From assembly GCA_001875345.1 (NCBI GenBank), contig MIZA01000022.1:838-64837 (forward strand): a stretch of 64,000 nt of DNA, in the 5' to 3' direction. Both the position numbers and the translations under genes were made by a program. The DNA comes from Marine Group III euryarchaeote CG-Epi1 (GTDB lineage: Archaea > Thermoplasmatota > Poseidoniia > MGIII > CG-Epi1). Every line of letters begins with the position of its first letter. The first letter of the stretch is position 1. The notes beneath the pieces were generated by a model. That model made no database searches and had not been told where the DNA came from. It saw only the letters and a program-made list of their open reading frames with translations. Positions 18,070-26,947 of the stretch are shown in pieces.

Positions 18070-18729
18070 ATGAGTTCAAAACAACCACGAAAACAGAGAC
18101 TAGCCCATTATACGGCACCTTATCACAGGAGACACCGTGAAATGTCTTCTCCAATTGATAAAGGTCTTAGAGAAAGGCAACTATCAAGAGGATTCATGTA
18201 CCCAAGAGCTATGCCTGTGAAAAAAGGCGATAGGGTTATGATTGTTAGAGGTGAAGGAAAATCTAAATCTGCTACCGCTGTATCATTAGTTGATCGTAAA
18301 GCCAGAAAAGTCTATGTTGAAGGATTTACTTATTTCAAATCAGACGGAACTGAATTACAAAGACCTATTGATGCATCAAACTTAGTTATTATCAATCCTG
18401 ATTGGTCTGATATTAGAAGAAGAAAAGTATTGAACCGGATTAACGAATCTGTAGATTGGACTGATGAAGTTATATCAGATCTTGAAGCTGCAGAAGACGA
18501 GTATGAAGCTGAAAACGTAGAACCTTCTGAAGAAAAAGACGAAGGCAGTGAAGAAGAAGAAGTTACAGAGGAAGAAACTGATGACAGTAAAAAAGAAGAA
18601 GTTTCTGAAGAAACTGATTATTCAAAAATGTCCGTTGCTGAATTGAAGGACGTATTGAAAGAAAAAGGATTGCCAGTCAGTGGAAAGAAAGCCGATCTAA
18701 TTGAAAGATTGCAAGGAGATTCAAAATGA
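18070..18729 (+). CDS. rpl24: 50S ribosomal protein uL24 fused to an acidic linker and a C-terminal SAP-like domain
   Basis: N-terminal ~120 aa is uL24/KOW (VKKGDRVMIVRGEGKSKS). An E/D-rich linker follows, then MSVAELKDVLKEKGLPVSGKKADLIERLQG, which matches the SAP motif. Confidence 0.9.
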   Translation: MSSKQPRKQRLAHYTAPYHRRHREMSSPIDKGLRERQLSRGFMYPRAMPVKKGDRVMIVRGEGKSKSATAVSLVDRKARKVYVEGFTYFKSDGTELQRPIDASNLVIINPDWSDIRRRKVLNRINESVDWTDEVISDLEAAEDEYEAENVEPSEEKDEGSEEEEVTEEETDDSKKEEVSEETDYSKMSVAELKDVLKEKGLPVSGKKADLIERLQGDSK

Positions 18730-19430
18730 GTAGTGGACATCTTAAGAGACTAGTTGCCCCTCGTTCTTGGAATATAGCTAGAAAAGAACGAACTTGGACT
18801 ACAAAGCCTATGCCTGGAAAGCACTCTTTGGAAGGTGCATTACCTATCTCAACAATTTTGAGAGATTACTTGAAAGTCTGCGATAATAATCGTGAAGCTA
18901 AAATAATTTTACACAACGGAGAAGTATTGATTGATCAGCGTGTTGTACGTAAACCAAAATCTCCAGTAGGACTTATGGATGTTATTTCTCTGCCTAAAAT
19001 TAAAATGCACGTCAGAGCTATGCTCGATAAGCACGGTAGAATTGAATTTGTTCCAATTAAAGCTACTGAAGCAAAATGGAAACTCGTAAGAGTAGAAAAT
19101 AAAAGAAACATTAAAGGAGGCCACGTGCAAATTAATTTACACGATGGTACAAATATTTTATCAAAAGAAGAGGTTAAAACTGGAGATGTTTTACAACTAA
19201 ATCTTCCTGATCTAAAGGTAAAGAAAGTACTGAAATTTAAGAAAGGAGCCCAAACATTGATCATTGGTGGAAGTCACGTAGGTTCAATAGCTACAATTAA
19301 GGATGAAGAAACTACGAGAAGTACAAAGCCAAATCTTGTAATGTACGATGGATTCCAAACAATTAGACCATATTCGTTTGTAGTTGGGGAAAAGAAAGCA
19401 ATGGTTTCCCTTCCGGAGGTTAAAGTATGA
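18726..19430 (+). CDS. rps4e: 30S ribosomal protein eS4
   Basis: 234 aa. HLKRLVAPRSW...TKPMPGKH N-terminus is diagnostic of S4e. Confidence 0.95.
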   Translation: MSSGHLKRLVAPRSWNIARKERTWTTKPMPGKHSLEGALPISTILRDYLKVCDNNREAKIILHNGEVLIDQRVVRKPKSPVGLMDVISLPKIKMHVRAMLDKHGRIEFVPIKATEAKWKLVRVENKRNIKGGHVQINLHDGTNILSKEEVKTGDVLQLNLPDLKVKKVLKFKKGAQTLIIGGSHVGSIATIKDEETTRSTKPNLVMYDGFQTIRPYSFVVGEKKAMVSLPEVKV

Positions 19431-19939
19431 ATCCTATGAAAGAATTAAGAATCGCTAAAGTTGTTCTTAATATTGGAGTTGGAGAAGCTGGTGAAAGATT
19501 GGGTAAAGCTGAAACTGTTCTTGAAAAACTGAGTGGATGTAAGCCTGTTCGTACTTTATCAAAATCAACCAACCGTGATTTAGGAATTCGATTGGGAATG
19601 CCTATCGGATGTAAGGTTACTTTAAGAGGAGAAAATGCAATGAAATTCTTAAAAGAGTCATTATGGGTAAGAGAAAATAGATTACCTGCATACTGCTTCT
19701 CAAAAACCGGTGGAGTTAGTTTTGGTATACCTGATTACACTGGTTACAAAAATGAAAATTATGATCCCGATATTGGAATATTTGGATTAGATATCGCAGT
19801 TGCCTTTGAACGCCCTGGATATCGAGTTGCAAGAAGGAAAATTAAACATAATAAAATTGGTAAAACTCACCGTATTAACGCTGAAGAATGCCAAGAATAT
19901 ATGACAAAAAAATTCAACTTGGAGGTATTCAAGGTATGA
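19427..19939 (+). CDS. rpl5: 50S ribosomal protein uL5
   Basis: 170 aa. [14 protein letters not shown]...[12 protein letters not shown]. Confidence 0.95.
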   Translation: MNPMKELRIAKVVLNIGVGEAGERLGKAETVLEKLSGCKPVRTLSKSTNRDLGIRLGMPIGCKVTLRGENAMKFLKESLWVRENRLPAYCFSKTGGVSFGIPDYTGYKNENYDPDIGIFGLDIAVAFERPGYRVARRKIKHNKIGKTHRINAEECQEYMTKKFNLEVFKV

Positions 19940-20106
19940 ACATCGATGACGTAAAGATTAAGGTCAGAGAAGTTTATCGTGGACGCATTATTGGATGTGT
20001 TCTATGTGATAGAAAACGCGGACTTGTACGCAGACATGGACTAAATTTGTGTAGGCAATGTTTTAGAGACAAAGCTACCGAACTTGGTTTCAAAAAATAT
20101 GATTGA
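19936..20106 (+). CDS. rps14: 30S ribosomal protein uS14 (zinc-ribbon type)
   Basis: 56 aa from the ATG that overlaps the rpl5 TGA (ATGA), with GGAGG 11 nt upstream. [24 protein letters not shown]. The 19888 start in the ORF track would overlap rpl5 by 52 nt. Confidence 0.9.
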   Translation: MNIDDVKIKVREVYRGRIIGCVLCDRKRGLVRRHGLNLCRQCFRDKATELGFKKYD

Positions 20107-20113
20107 GGTATAA

Positions 20114-20500
20114 ATGAGACACGATTCACTATCTGATGCGCTAATAATAATCAAAAATGCTGACCACGTTGGTAAGGATTCAGCTGTTGTTCCAGCTTCT
20201 AGATTAATTGGAGATGTTCTAAAACAGTTAACTGAAAAAGGATATCTAAATAATTATGAATATGAGGATAATGGCAAAGGAGGAATTTTCAATATCTCCC
20301 TAAATGGTAGGATTAATGGTTGTGGTGCAATTAAGCCTAGATTCTCAGTTAAGTTAAAAGAAATGGAAAGGCATGAAGCTAGATATTTACCTGCAAAAGA
20401 TTTTGGTATTTTAATTCTTACAACACCTTTCGGAGTTATGAATAATGACGCTGCTAAAGAAGCATCAACAGGAGGGAAGCTACTAGCTTACGTTTATTAG
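20114..20500 (+). CDS. rps8: 30S ribosomal protein uS8
   Basis: 128 aa. DSLSDALIIIKNA N-terminus, and operon position. Confidence 0.93.
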   Translation: MRHDSLSDALIIIKNADHVGKDSAVVPASRLIGDVLKQLTEKGYLNNYEYEDNGKGGIFNISLNGRINGCGAIKPRFSVKLKEMERHEARYLPAKDFGILILTTPFGVMNNDAAKEASTGGKLLAYVY

Positions 20501-21043
20501 ATGTTAATTAAAGAATTAATTTACAATGTTGAATTGCCAGAAGGCGTTACTTTCTCTGTAAATAATCACGAAGCAAAGCTTTCAGGGCCTCGAGGAGACT
20601 TAAGCCGTATTTTCAAACACTCCATGATCTCTTTATCTGAAGATAATGGGAATATTAAATTGGTTGGAAAGAAACTACGAAGAAAAGAAAAGGCTCTAAT
20701 CGGAACTTGGAGAGCCCACTTGAAGAATATGGCTCAAGGTGTTTCTTCTGGATTCCTATATGAAATGAAGATTGTTTTTGCTCACTTTCCTATGAAAGTT
20801 GCCGTGAAAGGAAATGTTGTAGATATTGCTAATTTCTTAGGTGAAAAAACTACCAGACATGCAAATATCTGTGGAGATTCTAAAGTTATTGCTAAAGGCG
20901 ATAAAGTAACTATCGAAGGAAATAATGTTGAGGATGTTGGCCAGACTGCCGCTAATTTAGAACAGGCAACAGTCGTAAAAGGAAGAGATATCCGAGTTTT
21001 CCAAGATGGAATTTATGTTGTATCTAAAGGAGCTGCACAATGA
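20501..21043 (+). CDS. rpl6: 50S ribosomal protein uL6
   Basis: 180 aa. Two-domain L6 pattern (GTWRAHLKNMAQGVSSGF...KIVFAHFP). Confidence 0.93.
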   Translation: MLIKELIYNVELPEGVTFSVNNHEAKLSGPRGDLSRIFKHSMISLSEDNGNIKLVGKKLRRKEKALIGTWRAHLKNMAQGVSSGFLYEMKIVFAHFPMKVAVKGNVVDIANFLGEKTTRHANICGDSKVIAKGDKVTIEGNNVEDVGQTAANLEQATVVKGRDIRVFQDGIYVVSKGAAQ

Positions 21044-21465
21044 GCGATGAAGAATACAAACCAAGACAAAAACCTGTTTTGACTAAAGAACAGAAAACTG
21101 ACCTATCAAAAAGAAACCGTATGTCACATAAAAGACCTAATTTTAGAAGACAGAACTGGTTTAGATACAAAAGACTAGGACAAAAATGGAGACGCCCTCG
21201 TGGAATACACTCAAAAATGCGAAGGCACTTCAAGTATAGAATACCTGTAGTTCAAGTTGGCTTTAGAGGGCCTGCAAGTGTTAGAGGTTTACATCCTTCT
21301 GGCTTTGAAGAAGTTTTAGTTTACAATCCTAAAAATTTAGAAAATGTTGATCCTAAAGCTCAAGCTATTCGAATTTCAAGTAAAGTTGGCGATAAAAAAC
21401 GCGAAATGATTGTTCAAAAAGCTGATGAGCTGAAAATTCGTGTACTTAATAGGAGAGATCTATGA
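21040..21465 (+). CDS. rpl32e: 50S ribosomal protein eL32
   Basis: RPNFRRQNWFRYKRLGQKWRRPRGIHSKMR is the L32e signature. Confidence 0.93.
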   Translation: MSDEEYKPRQKPVLTKEQKTDLSKRNRMSHKRPNFRRQNWFRYKRLGQKWRRPRGIHSKMRRHFKYRIPVVQVGFRGPASVRGLHPSGFEEVLVYNPKNLENVDPKAQAIRISSKVGDKKREMIVQKADELKIRVLNRRDL

Positions 21466-21926
21466 ATTTATCATATCAGAGAAGGGTTGCCGCTACAGTC
21501 CTAAAATGTGGTGTAAATCGCGTTTGGATTGACGATCGTCCTGAAGTTCAAGAAAGAATTTCTGAAGCTGTAACAAGAGATGATGTAAGATTGCTCATTG
21601 TCCAACGCTTTATACGTAAACATCAGAAAAAAGGTATTTCCCGAGGTCGTGCAAAAGCTATGGCGGTTCAACGTTCTAAGGGACGTAGAAAAGGCCATGG
21701 ATCAAGAAAAGGACACGGTGGAGCAAGAACTCCAAAGAAAGAGGCATGGATGACTAAAGTACGTGCGTTACGCAGAGAATTAAATACTATGAGAGATGAA
21801 AACGTTATTGACGCTTCACAATATCGATTGTATTATCGCAGAGCGAAAGGTGGAGTTTACAATTCGAGAAACCATTTAAGATATAATATGGAAATCGATG
21901 GAATTAAATTAGGAGGTAAGAAATAA
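21462..21926 (+). CDS. rpl19e: 50S ribosomal protein eL19
   Basis: LSYQRRVAATVLKCGVNRVWID N-terminus is typical of L19e. Confidence 0.93.
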   Translation: MNLSYQRRVAATVLKCGVNRVWIDDRPEVQERISEAVTRDDVRLLIVQRFIRKHQKKGISRGRAKAMAVQRSKGRRKGHGSRKGHGGARTPKKEAWMTKVRALRRELNTMRDENVIDASQYRLYYRRAKGGVYNSRNHLRYNMEIDGIKLGGKK

Positions 21927-22417
21927 TGCCAAAAAGAATGCACTTTGCTCGCAGAAGAAAAGGCGTAACTAATTATCGTAAAAGATTAGCATTGCTCAAA
22001 TCTGGGCTTCCTAGAGCTGTAGTTAGATTTACAAATTCCAAAGTAATGGTTCAAATTAGTGACTTTGAAGGTAAAGGTGATCGCGTATTAGCTTCAGCTT
22101 CATCCGCAGATTTAGAAAAAATGGGTTGGAAAAACTCAAAAACAAACCTTCCTGCTTCATACTTGTCTGGAAAATTAGCCGCTAAAAATGCAATTAAAGC
22201 TGGAGTTTCTTCTGCTGTTTTAGATATTGGAAGAATTACTCCTATTTCAGGAAATCGAGCTTTTGCTGTTCTAAAAGGTCTTGTAGATGGCGGTTTAGAA
22301 ATTCCTCATTCTGAAAGTTCATACCCTTCTGACGATCGAATTAATGGAAGTCATATTTCTGAAAAAATCGTAAAAGATTTTGATAAAGTTTCTAAAAAAA
22401 TGGATGGTAAGAAATGA
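21926..22417 (+). CDS. rpl18: 50S ribosomal protein uL18
   Basis: 163 aa. RRRKGVTNYRKRLALLKSG...RFTNSKVMVQI. Confidence 0.93.
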   Translation: MPKRMHFARRRKGVTNYRKRLALLKSGLPRAVVRFTNSKVMVQISDFEGKGDRVLASASSADLEKMGWKNSKTNLPASYLSGKLAAKNAIKAGVSSAVLDIGRITPISGNRAFAVLKGLVDGGLEIPHSESSYPSDDRINGSHISEKIVKDFDKVSKKMDGKK

Positions 22418-23214
22418 GTGAAGAAGTAAAGAAAACAGAAGATAAAAAATCTGAATCTAAAAATACTAATTCTAGATATAAAGGTAAAGGGCCTAACAAA
22501 GATAATAGGCAAAAAAGAGGACCGCCTCTATCTCCGGCTCAACAACGTAGAAAGGCTGCTGAAGAAAGAATTTCAAATTGGACGCCAAAAACTGAATTAG
22601 GACGTAAAGTTGTATCTGGTGAAATCACTACTATTCAAGACGCACTTGCAACTGGATTGCCTCTAAGAGAAGCACCTATTGTTGATTTACTTATAACTGA
22701 TTTAATGGAAGAAGTAATTGATATTCACATGGTTCAAAGAATGTCTGATTCCGGTAGAAGAGTTCGCTTTGCTGTTACTACTATAGTTGGAAACGGTGAT
22801 GGTGTTGTTGGAATTGGCCGTGTATCTGGAAAATTAGTTAGACCTACAATAACAAAAGCACTAGATCGTGCAAAATTAAATATAATTGAAATTCGCAGAG
22901 GAAGTGGCTCATGGGAATGCTCTACTGCTGTTCCAAACTCACTTCCTTTTGAAGTCTCAGGACGAACTGGGTCTACAAGAGTTAGAATTAAGCCAGCTCC
23001 ACCAGGTGTTGGGCTTGTTACAAACCAAGTAGGTCAAATTATGCTGAAACTTGCTGGTGTCGAAGACGCATGGTCTTTCACGCGCGGTCAAACTCAAACC
23101 ATTTACAATTTCGCTAGTGCAATGTTTAAAGCATTAGAAAAAACGAGATCTACAAAGTTACTGCCAGGTCAGAAAGAGTTCCATAACATGATTAAAGGAG
23201 TGAAACAAGAATGA
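22414..23214 (+). CDS. rps5: 30S ribosomal protein uS5 with Lys-rich N-terminal extension
   Basis: 266 aa. Core VQRMSDSGRRVRFAVTTIVGNGDGVVGIG, preceded by a ~55-aa K/E/N-rich extension. Confidence 0.93.
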   Translation: MSEEVKKTEDKKSESKNTNSRYKGKGPNKDNRQKRGPPLSPAQQRRKAAEERISNWTPKTELGRKVVSGEITTIQDALATGLPLREAPIVDLLITDLMEEVIDIHMVQRMSDSGRRVRFAVTTIVGNGDGVVGIGRVSGKLVRPTITKALDRAKLNIIEIRRGSGSWECSTAVPNSLPFEVSGRTGSTRVRIKPAPPGVGLVTNQVGQIMLKLAGVEDAWSFTRGQTQTIYNFASAMFKALEKTRSTKLLPGQKEFHNMIKGVKQE

Positions 23215-23684
23215 GCTGGGCTGTTGTTAGAGTTAGAGGATCTGTTAACGTAAATCCTAAAATTAAAGAGACTATGAAATTAATGAAATTGAATAGAGTA
23301 AACCACTGTGTTATTATTCCTGAGAATGATACATACACAGGTATGCTGAATATCATTAAAGATTACGTAACTTGGGGTGAAATAGATGTTGAAACTACCG
23401 AACTTTTATTACAAAGTTCAGGTAAAAGTAGCGGAAATACCGAATTTGCTAAAGAGCACTTGAAAGAAACCTCTTTCAAAACAATGAAAGCTTTAGCAAA
23501 AGGATTAACAGAAGGAAAAACTGTCATGAGAGATGTTCCTGGTTTGAAACCATTGTTTAGATTACATCCTCCTCGAAAAGGATATGAAGGAATTAAACGT
23601 AGTTTCAAAGAGGGTGGAGCTTTAGGATACAGGGCTGAAAAAATCAATGCCCTACTAAGGAGGATGCAATATGCCCAGGCGTAA
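23211..23684 (+). CDS. rpl30: 50S ribosomal protein uL30
   Basis: 157 aa. AVVRVRGSVNVNPKIKETMKLMKLNRVNH. Confidence 0.92.
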   Translation: MSWAVVRVRGSVNVNPKIKETMKLMKLNRVNHCVIIPENDTYTGMLNIIKDYVTWGEIDVETTELLLQSSGKSSGNTEFAKEHLKETSFKTMKALAKGLTEGKTVMRDVPGLKPLFRLHPPRKGYEGIKRSFKEGGALGYRAEKINALLRRMQYAQA

Positions 23685-24093
23685 AGCATTGAAAACTGGA
23701 AGTCGAACTCGTGGTAGAGGCCACAAGAAAGGACGTGGAGCTGGACTAAGAGGTGGTCGTGGAAACGCAGGCTGCCATAAAACAAAACGCATAATGTATG
23801 AACGAGTTGGACGTGTATGGGGTGCTCATGGATTCAAAAGACCTCAAACCGTAGTCATGGCAAATAATGCAATTAATTTGAAAGTTATTGAAGAGAGTGC
23901 AGCTGAATGGGTCGACCAAGGAAATGCATCTAAAAAAGGAAAAACCGTATCTATTGATTTAAAGAAAATGGGATATGATAAATTATTAGGTACTGGTGTG
24001 CCTAGTCAAGCTTATAAAATTACTATAAGTGCTGCCTCTGCGAAGGCCGTGGAAAAAGTTGAGGCGGCTGGTGGAGAGATTATAAGTGGCTGA
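23671..24093 (+). CDS. rpl15: 50S ribosomal protein uL15
   Basis: 140 aa. SRTRGRGHKKGRGAGLRGGRGNAG N-terminus. Confidence 0.93.
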   Translation: MPRRKALKTGSRTRGRGHKKGRGAGLRGGRGNAGCHKTKRIMYERVGRVWGAHGFKRPQTVVMANNAINLKVIEESAAEWVDQGNASKKGKTVSIDLKKMGYDKLLGTGVPSQAYKITISAASAKAVEKVEAAGGEIISG

Positions 24094-25795
24094 AGAAGAG
24101 ATACCTAGAAACCCCGCACAGGCAATCATGCCTTGCTTATCTATGATATTTCTGTACCTACTATGGTACAACTGGAAATCTCCTGAAAGTGTTAGTGCTA
24201 CCCTCATGGGTGTTGGAACAATTGGAATTACTTGGCTTGTCTATATGGGAGCTTCTTACTCTGGTGAAGGATCTAAGCTACACGGATTAAAACCTATAAT
24301 TGGAAGAATGCCTACTGTGCAAAAACCAGAAGGACACGTTCATTTTAGAACAAAAATGACATGGACTTTGGCTATTCTTATTGTTTATTTTGCTATGACA
24401 AACGTAGCTTTGTATGGTCTCGGTGGAGAAACTATTGATCTGTTCAGTCAATATCGTGCAATTCTAGCGGGTGCAAGTGGAAGTTTGATGCACTTGGGTA
24501 TTGGGCCTATCGTTACAGGAAGCATTATCATGCAATTGTTCACCGGTGCAAAGATTATTAATTTAAATCTACAAGATCCACGTGATAAGGAGATATATCA
24601 AGGAACCCAAAAAGTATTGGTTATTGTAATGATTATAGTTGAGTCTGTACCTCAAGTATTTGGATTCTTGGAACCTAGTTCAGCTCTCGTTGCTGAAGTT
24701 GGCCTTAGCTGGGCCAGAATGACTATTATTACTCAATTAGCAATTGGTTCATATCTTGTATTCTTAATGGACGAAAGTGTGTCTAAATGGGGTATTGGAT
24801 CAGGTATTTCCCTGTTTATTGCTGCAGGAGTTTCTCAGGCTATATTTACCGGAACTTTGAATTGGGAACCAGCACCAGGAAGCGGTACTGAAACGCCTTC
24901 TGGAACTCTTCCTATGATTTTATGGTATCTTAAAAATTCTTCTACTTCAGATTTGAGTGGTGGTGGTTACGAAGCTATTTTGCTTGCCCCTCCTAATCCC
25001 TTAGTTGCCTTAATTGGAACTTTTATTGTATTTTTGATTGTGGTTTATGTAGAATCTTCAAGAATTGAATTACCTTTAGCTCATGGAAAAGTTAGAGGAG
25101 CAAGAGGTAGATATCCAATTAGATTAATCTACGCAAGTAACATTCCTGTGATTTTGATGGCTGCACTATTGGCAAACGTAAACATGTTTGCTCTTTTATT
25201 CTGGTCACATCCTAGTATGTCAAAATGGCCTATTTTGGGCCACAATTGGAGACTAGGGGCTTTTGATACTACTGATGGAAGTAATCCTGTACCTACAATG
25301 GGTCTAGCTTACTACGTTAATCGGCTAGCTGGTCTTCAAGACTGGTTCTTACCTTTAGTAAGTCCCGATAAATATGGTGCATACATGGGTGACCATGAAC
25401 CATGGCAGCTTGTTGCCCACATTGTCATTTACATGTCCATTATGGTCTTTGGATCTATTGTTTTTGCTAAGTTTTGGATTGAGACTACAAATATGGGACC
25501 TGAAGCTGTAGCTAAGCAAATTCAAGGTTCAGGTATGCAAATTCCAGGATTCCGAAGAGACCCAAGAATTGTTGAAAAAGTTTTGGAAAGATACATTCCT
25601 ACTGTTACCGTTTTCAGTGGTGCTGTTGTTGGATTTTTAGCTGCTGGAGCTGACATGATTGGTACCGTCGGACAGTCGTCAGGTACAGGGGTGCTACTTA
25701 CTGTCGGAATTATGATACGTATGTATGAACAAATTGGAAAAGAACAAATGATGGAAATGCATCCTGTTCTTCGAAGTTTCTTCGGCGAGGATTAA
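24086..25795 (+). CDS. secY: Preprotein translocase subunit SecY (start uncertain; possible ~60-aa N-terminal extension)
   Basis: HLGIGPIVTGSIIMQLFTGAKII plug/TM2 signature and 10 TM core. The canonical SecY N-terminus aligns from about LHGLKPIIGRMPTVQKP. The ORF begins 8 nt inside rpl15, and in-frame ATGs also occur in the 24.20-24.25 kb region. Confidence 0.9.
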   Translation: MAEEEIPRNPAQAIMPCLSMIFLYLLWYNWKSPESVSATLMGVGTIGITWLVYMGASYSGEGSKLHGLKPIIGRMPTVQKPEGHVHFRTKMTWTLAILIVYFAMTNVALYGLGGETIDLFSQYRAILAGASGSLMHLGIGPIVTGSIIMQLFTGAKIINLNLQDPRDKEIYQGTQKVLVIVMIIVESVPQVFGFLEPSSALVAEVGLSWARMTIITQLAIGSYLVFLMDESVSKWGIGSGISLFIAAGVSQAIFTGTLNWEPAPGSGTETPSGTLPMILWYLKNSSTSDLSGGGYEAILLAPPNPLVALIGTFIVFLIVVYVESSRIELPLAHGKVRGARGRYPIRLIYASNIPVILMAALLANVNMFALLFWSHPSMSKWPILGHNWRLGAFDTTDGSNPVPTMGLAYYVNRLAGLQDWFLPLVSPDKYGAYMGDHEPWQLVAHIVIYMSIMVFGSIVFAKFWIETTNMGPEAVAKQIQGSGMQIPGFRRDPRIVEKVLERYIPTVTVFSGAVVGFLAAGADMIGTVGQSSGTGVLLTVGIMIRMYEQIGKEQMMEMHPVLRSFFGED

Positions 25796-26409
25796 TGCCC
25801 ATTTACGGCGAATCCATTATCGAAGATGATTGTTTTATTGATTCAGATGCTTTAATTGGTTATCCTCACTCAAAAGAATTAGAGAAAGAATCTAAAGAAA
25901 TTGCAGGATGTGAGATCGGAGCCGGATCAATCATAAGGCCTGGGTCCGTATATTCTACCGCTAAATTAGGTAAAAAAACTAGAACTGGGCACAACTTTCT
26001 TGTTCGTGAAAATACTACAATAGGAGATGGATGCTTAATAGGAACTAATGTTGTTGTAGATAATAATTGTACCATTGGGAATTATTGTAGTTTTCAAACT
26101 GGAGCATACATTCCCACTGGAACTGTCATTGGAGATAGAGTATTTCTTGGTCCAAATGCATCTCTAACAAATGATAAAATGCCTTTAAGAACAGAATATC
26201 ATTGTGACCCTATTACTATTGAAGACGATGTTTCTGTTGGGTCTAATGCAACTATAATGCCTGGATTAACAATTGGAGAAGGTGCATTCATTGCTGGAGG
26301 AGCTGTTGTTACCAAAGACGTTCCTGCTTGGCATATGGCAAAAGGATGTCCTGCAGTTTTTAGTAAACTACCAGATAATTTAAAAAAACCTAATAGGTTG
26401 GGACCGTAG
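25795..26409 (+). CDS. Hexapeptide-repeat (left-handed beta-helix) acyltransferase
   Basis: 204 aa. Repeated [LIV]-G-x4 hexads (IGDGCLIGTNVVVDNNCTIGNYCSFQTGAYIPTGTVIGDRVFLGPNA...VGSNATIMPGLTIGEGAFIAGGAVV). TAATG overlap with secY. Confidence 0.8.
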   Translation: MPIYGESIIEDDCFIDSDALIGYPHSKELEKESKEIAGCEIGAGSIIRPGSVYSTAKLGKKTRTGHNFLVRENTTIGDGCLIGTNVVVDNNCTIGNYCSFQTGAYIPTGTVIGDRVFLGPNASLTNDKMPLRTEYHCDPITIEDDVSVGSNATIMPGLTIGEGAFIAGGAVVTKDVPAWHMAKGCPAVFSKLPDNLKKPNRLGP

Positions 26410-26410
26410 A

Positions 26411-26947
26411 ATGAGTATTGTAATCGTAACTGGAGTTCCTGGCGTTGGAAAAAGTACCGTCATGAATGCTGCAAAAGATTTTGGTTATAATATTGTTAAC
26501 TTTGGAACGACTATGTTCGAAGAAGCTCAAAAAGAAGGTGTTTCTAATCGAGATGATTTGAGAAAACTCCCTGTTGACGTTCAAAAAAGATTACAAAAAC
26601 AAGCTGGTGAAAAAATAGGCCAGATGGATAATGTAATAGTTGATACTCATGCTTCTATACTCACACCTTCGGGATACCTTCCTGGACTCCCTGAATGGAC
26701 CGTTAAGGCGATTATGCCTAATACAATTGTACTCGTTGAGGCCCTTCCTGAAGAAATTGAAAATAGACGTTCTAAAGACACTTCAAGAGCTCGAGACAAA
26801 GATGATATTGGGTTACACCAAAGAATCAATAGAGAGTATGCCATTGCTGCAGCTTTTATGACTGGAGCAACGGTTGGATTTGTGCCTAATAATGACAATA
26901 AAATAGAAATTGCTGTTGAAAAATTCAAAAAAATTCTTAATAAATGA
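26411..26947 (+). CDS. adkA: Archaeal-type adenylate kinase
   Basis: 178 aa. IVIVTGVPGVGKSTV P-loop and overall pattern of AdkA. Conserved position after secY. Confidence 0.88.
   Translation: MSIVIVTGVPGVGKSTVMNAAKDFGYNIVNFGTTMFEEAQKEGVSNRDDLRKLPVDVQKRLQKQAGEKIGQMDNVIVDTHASILTPSGYLPGLPEWTVKAIMPNTIVLVEALPEEIENRRSKDTSRARDKDDIGLHQRINREYAIAAAFMTGATVGFVPNNDNKIEIAVEKFKKILNK

Noticed and set aside
19888-19935. Upstream start for rps14 (72-aa version in the ORF track).
   Set aside because: It would overlap rpl5 by 52 nt. The ATG at 19936 gives the canonical ~56-aa zinc-ribbon uS14, with a GGAGG motif upstream and an ATGA overlap.
23363-23785. 140-aa minus-strand ORF opposite rpl30/rpl15. Similar antisense ORFs occur at 17771-18154, 12505-12876, 13584-13955 and 18935-19264.
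   Set aside because: They lie entirely antisense to strongly recognisable ribosomal-protein genes. They have no motifs and show Ser/Leu/Phe-rich shadow-frame composition, so they are treated as non-coding shadows.
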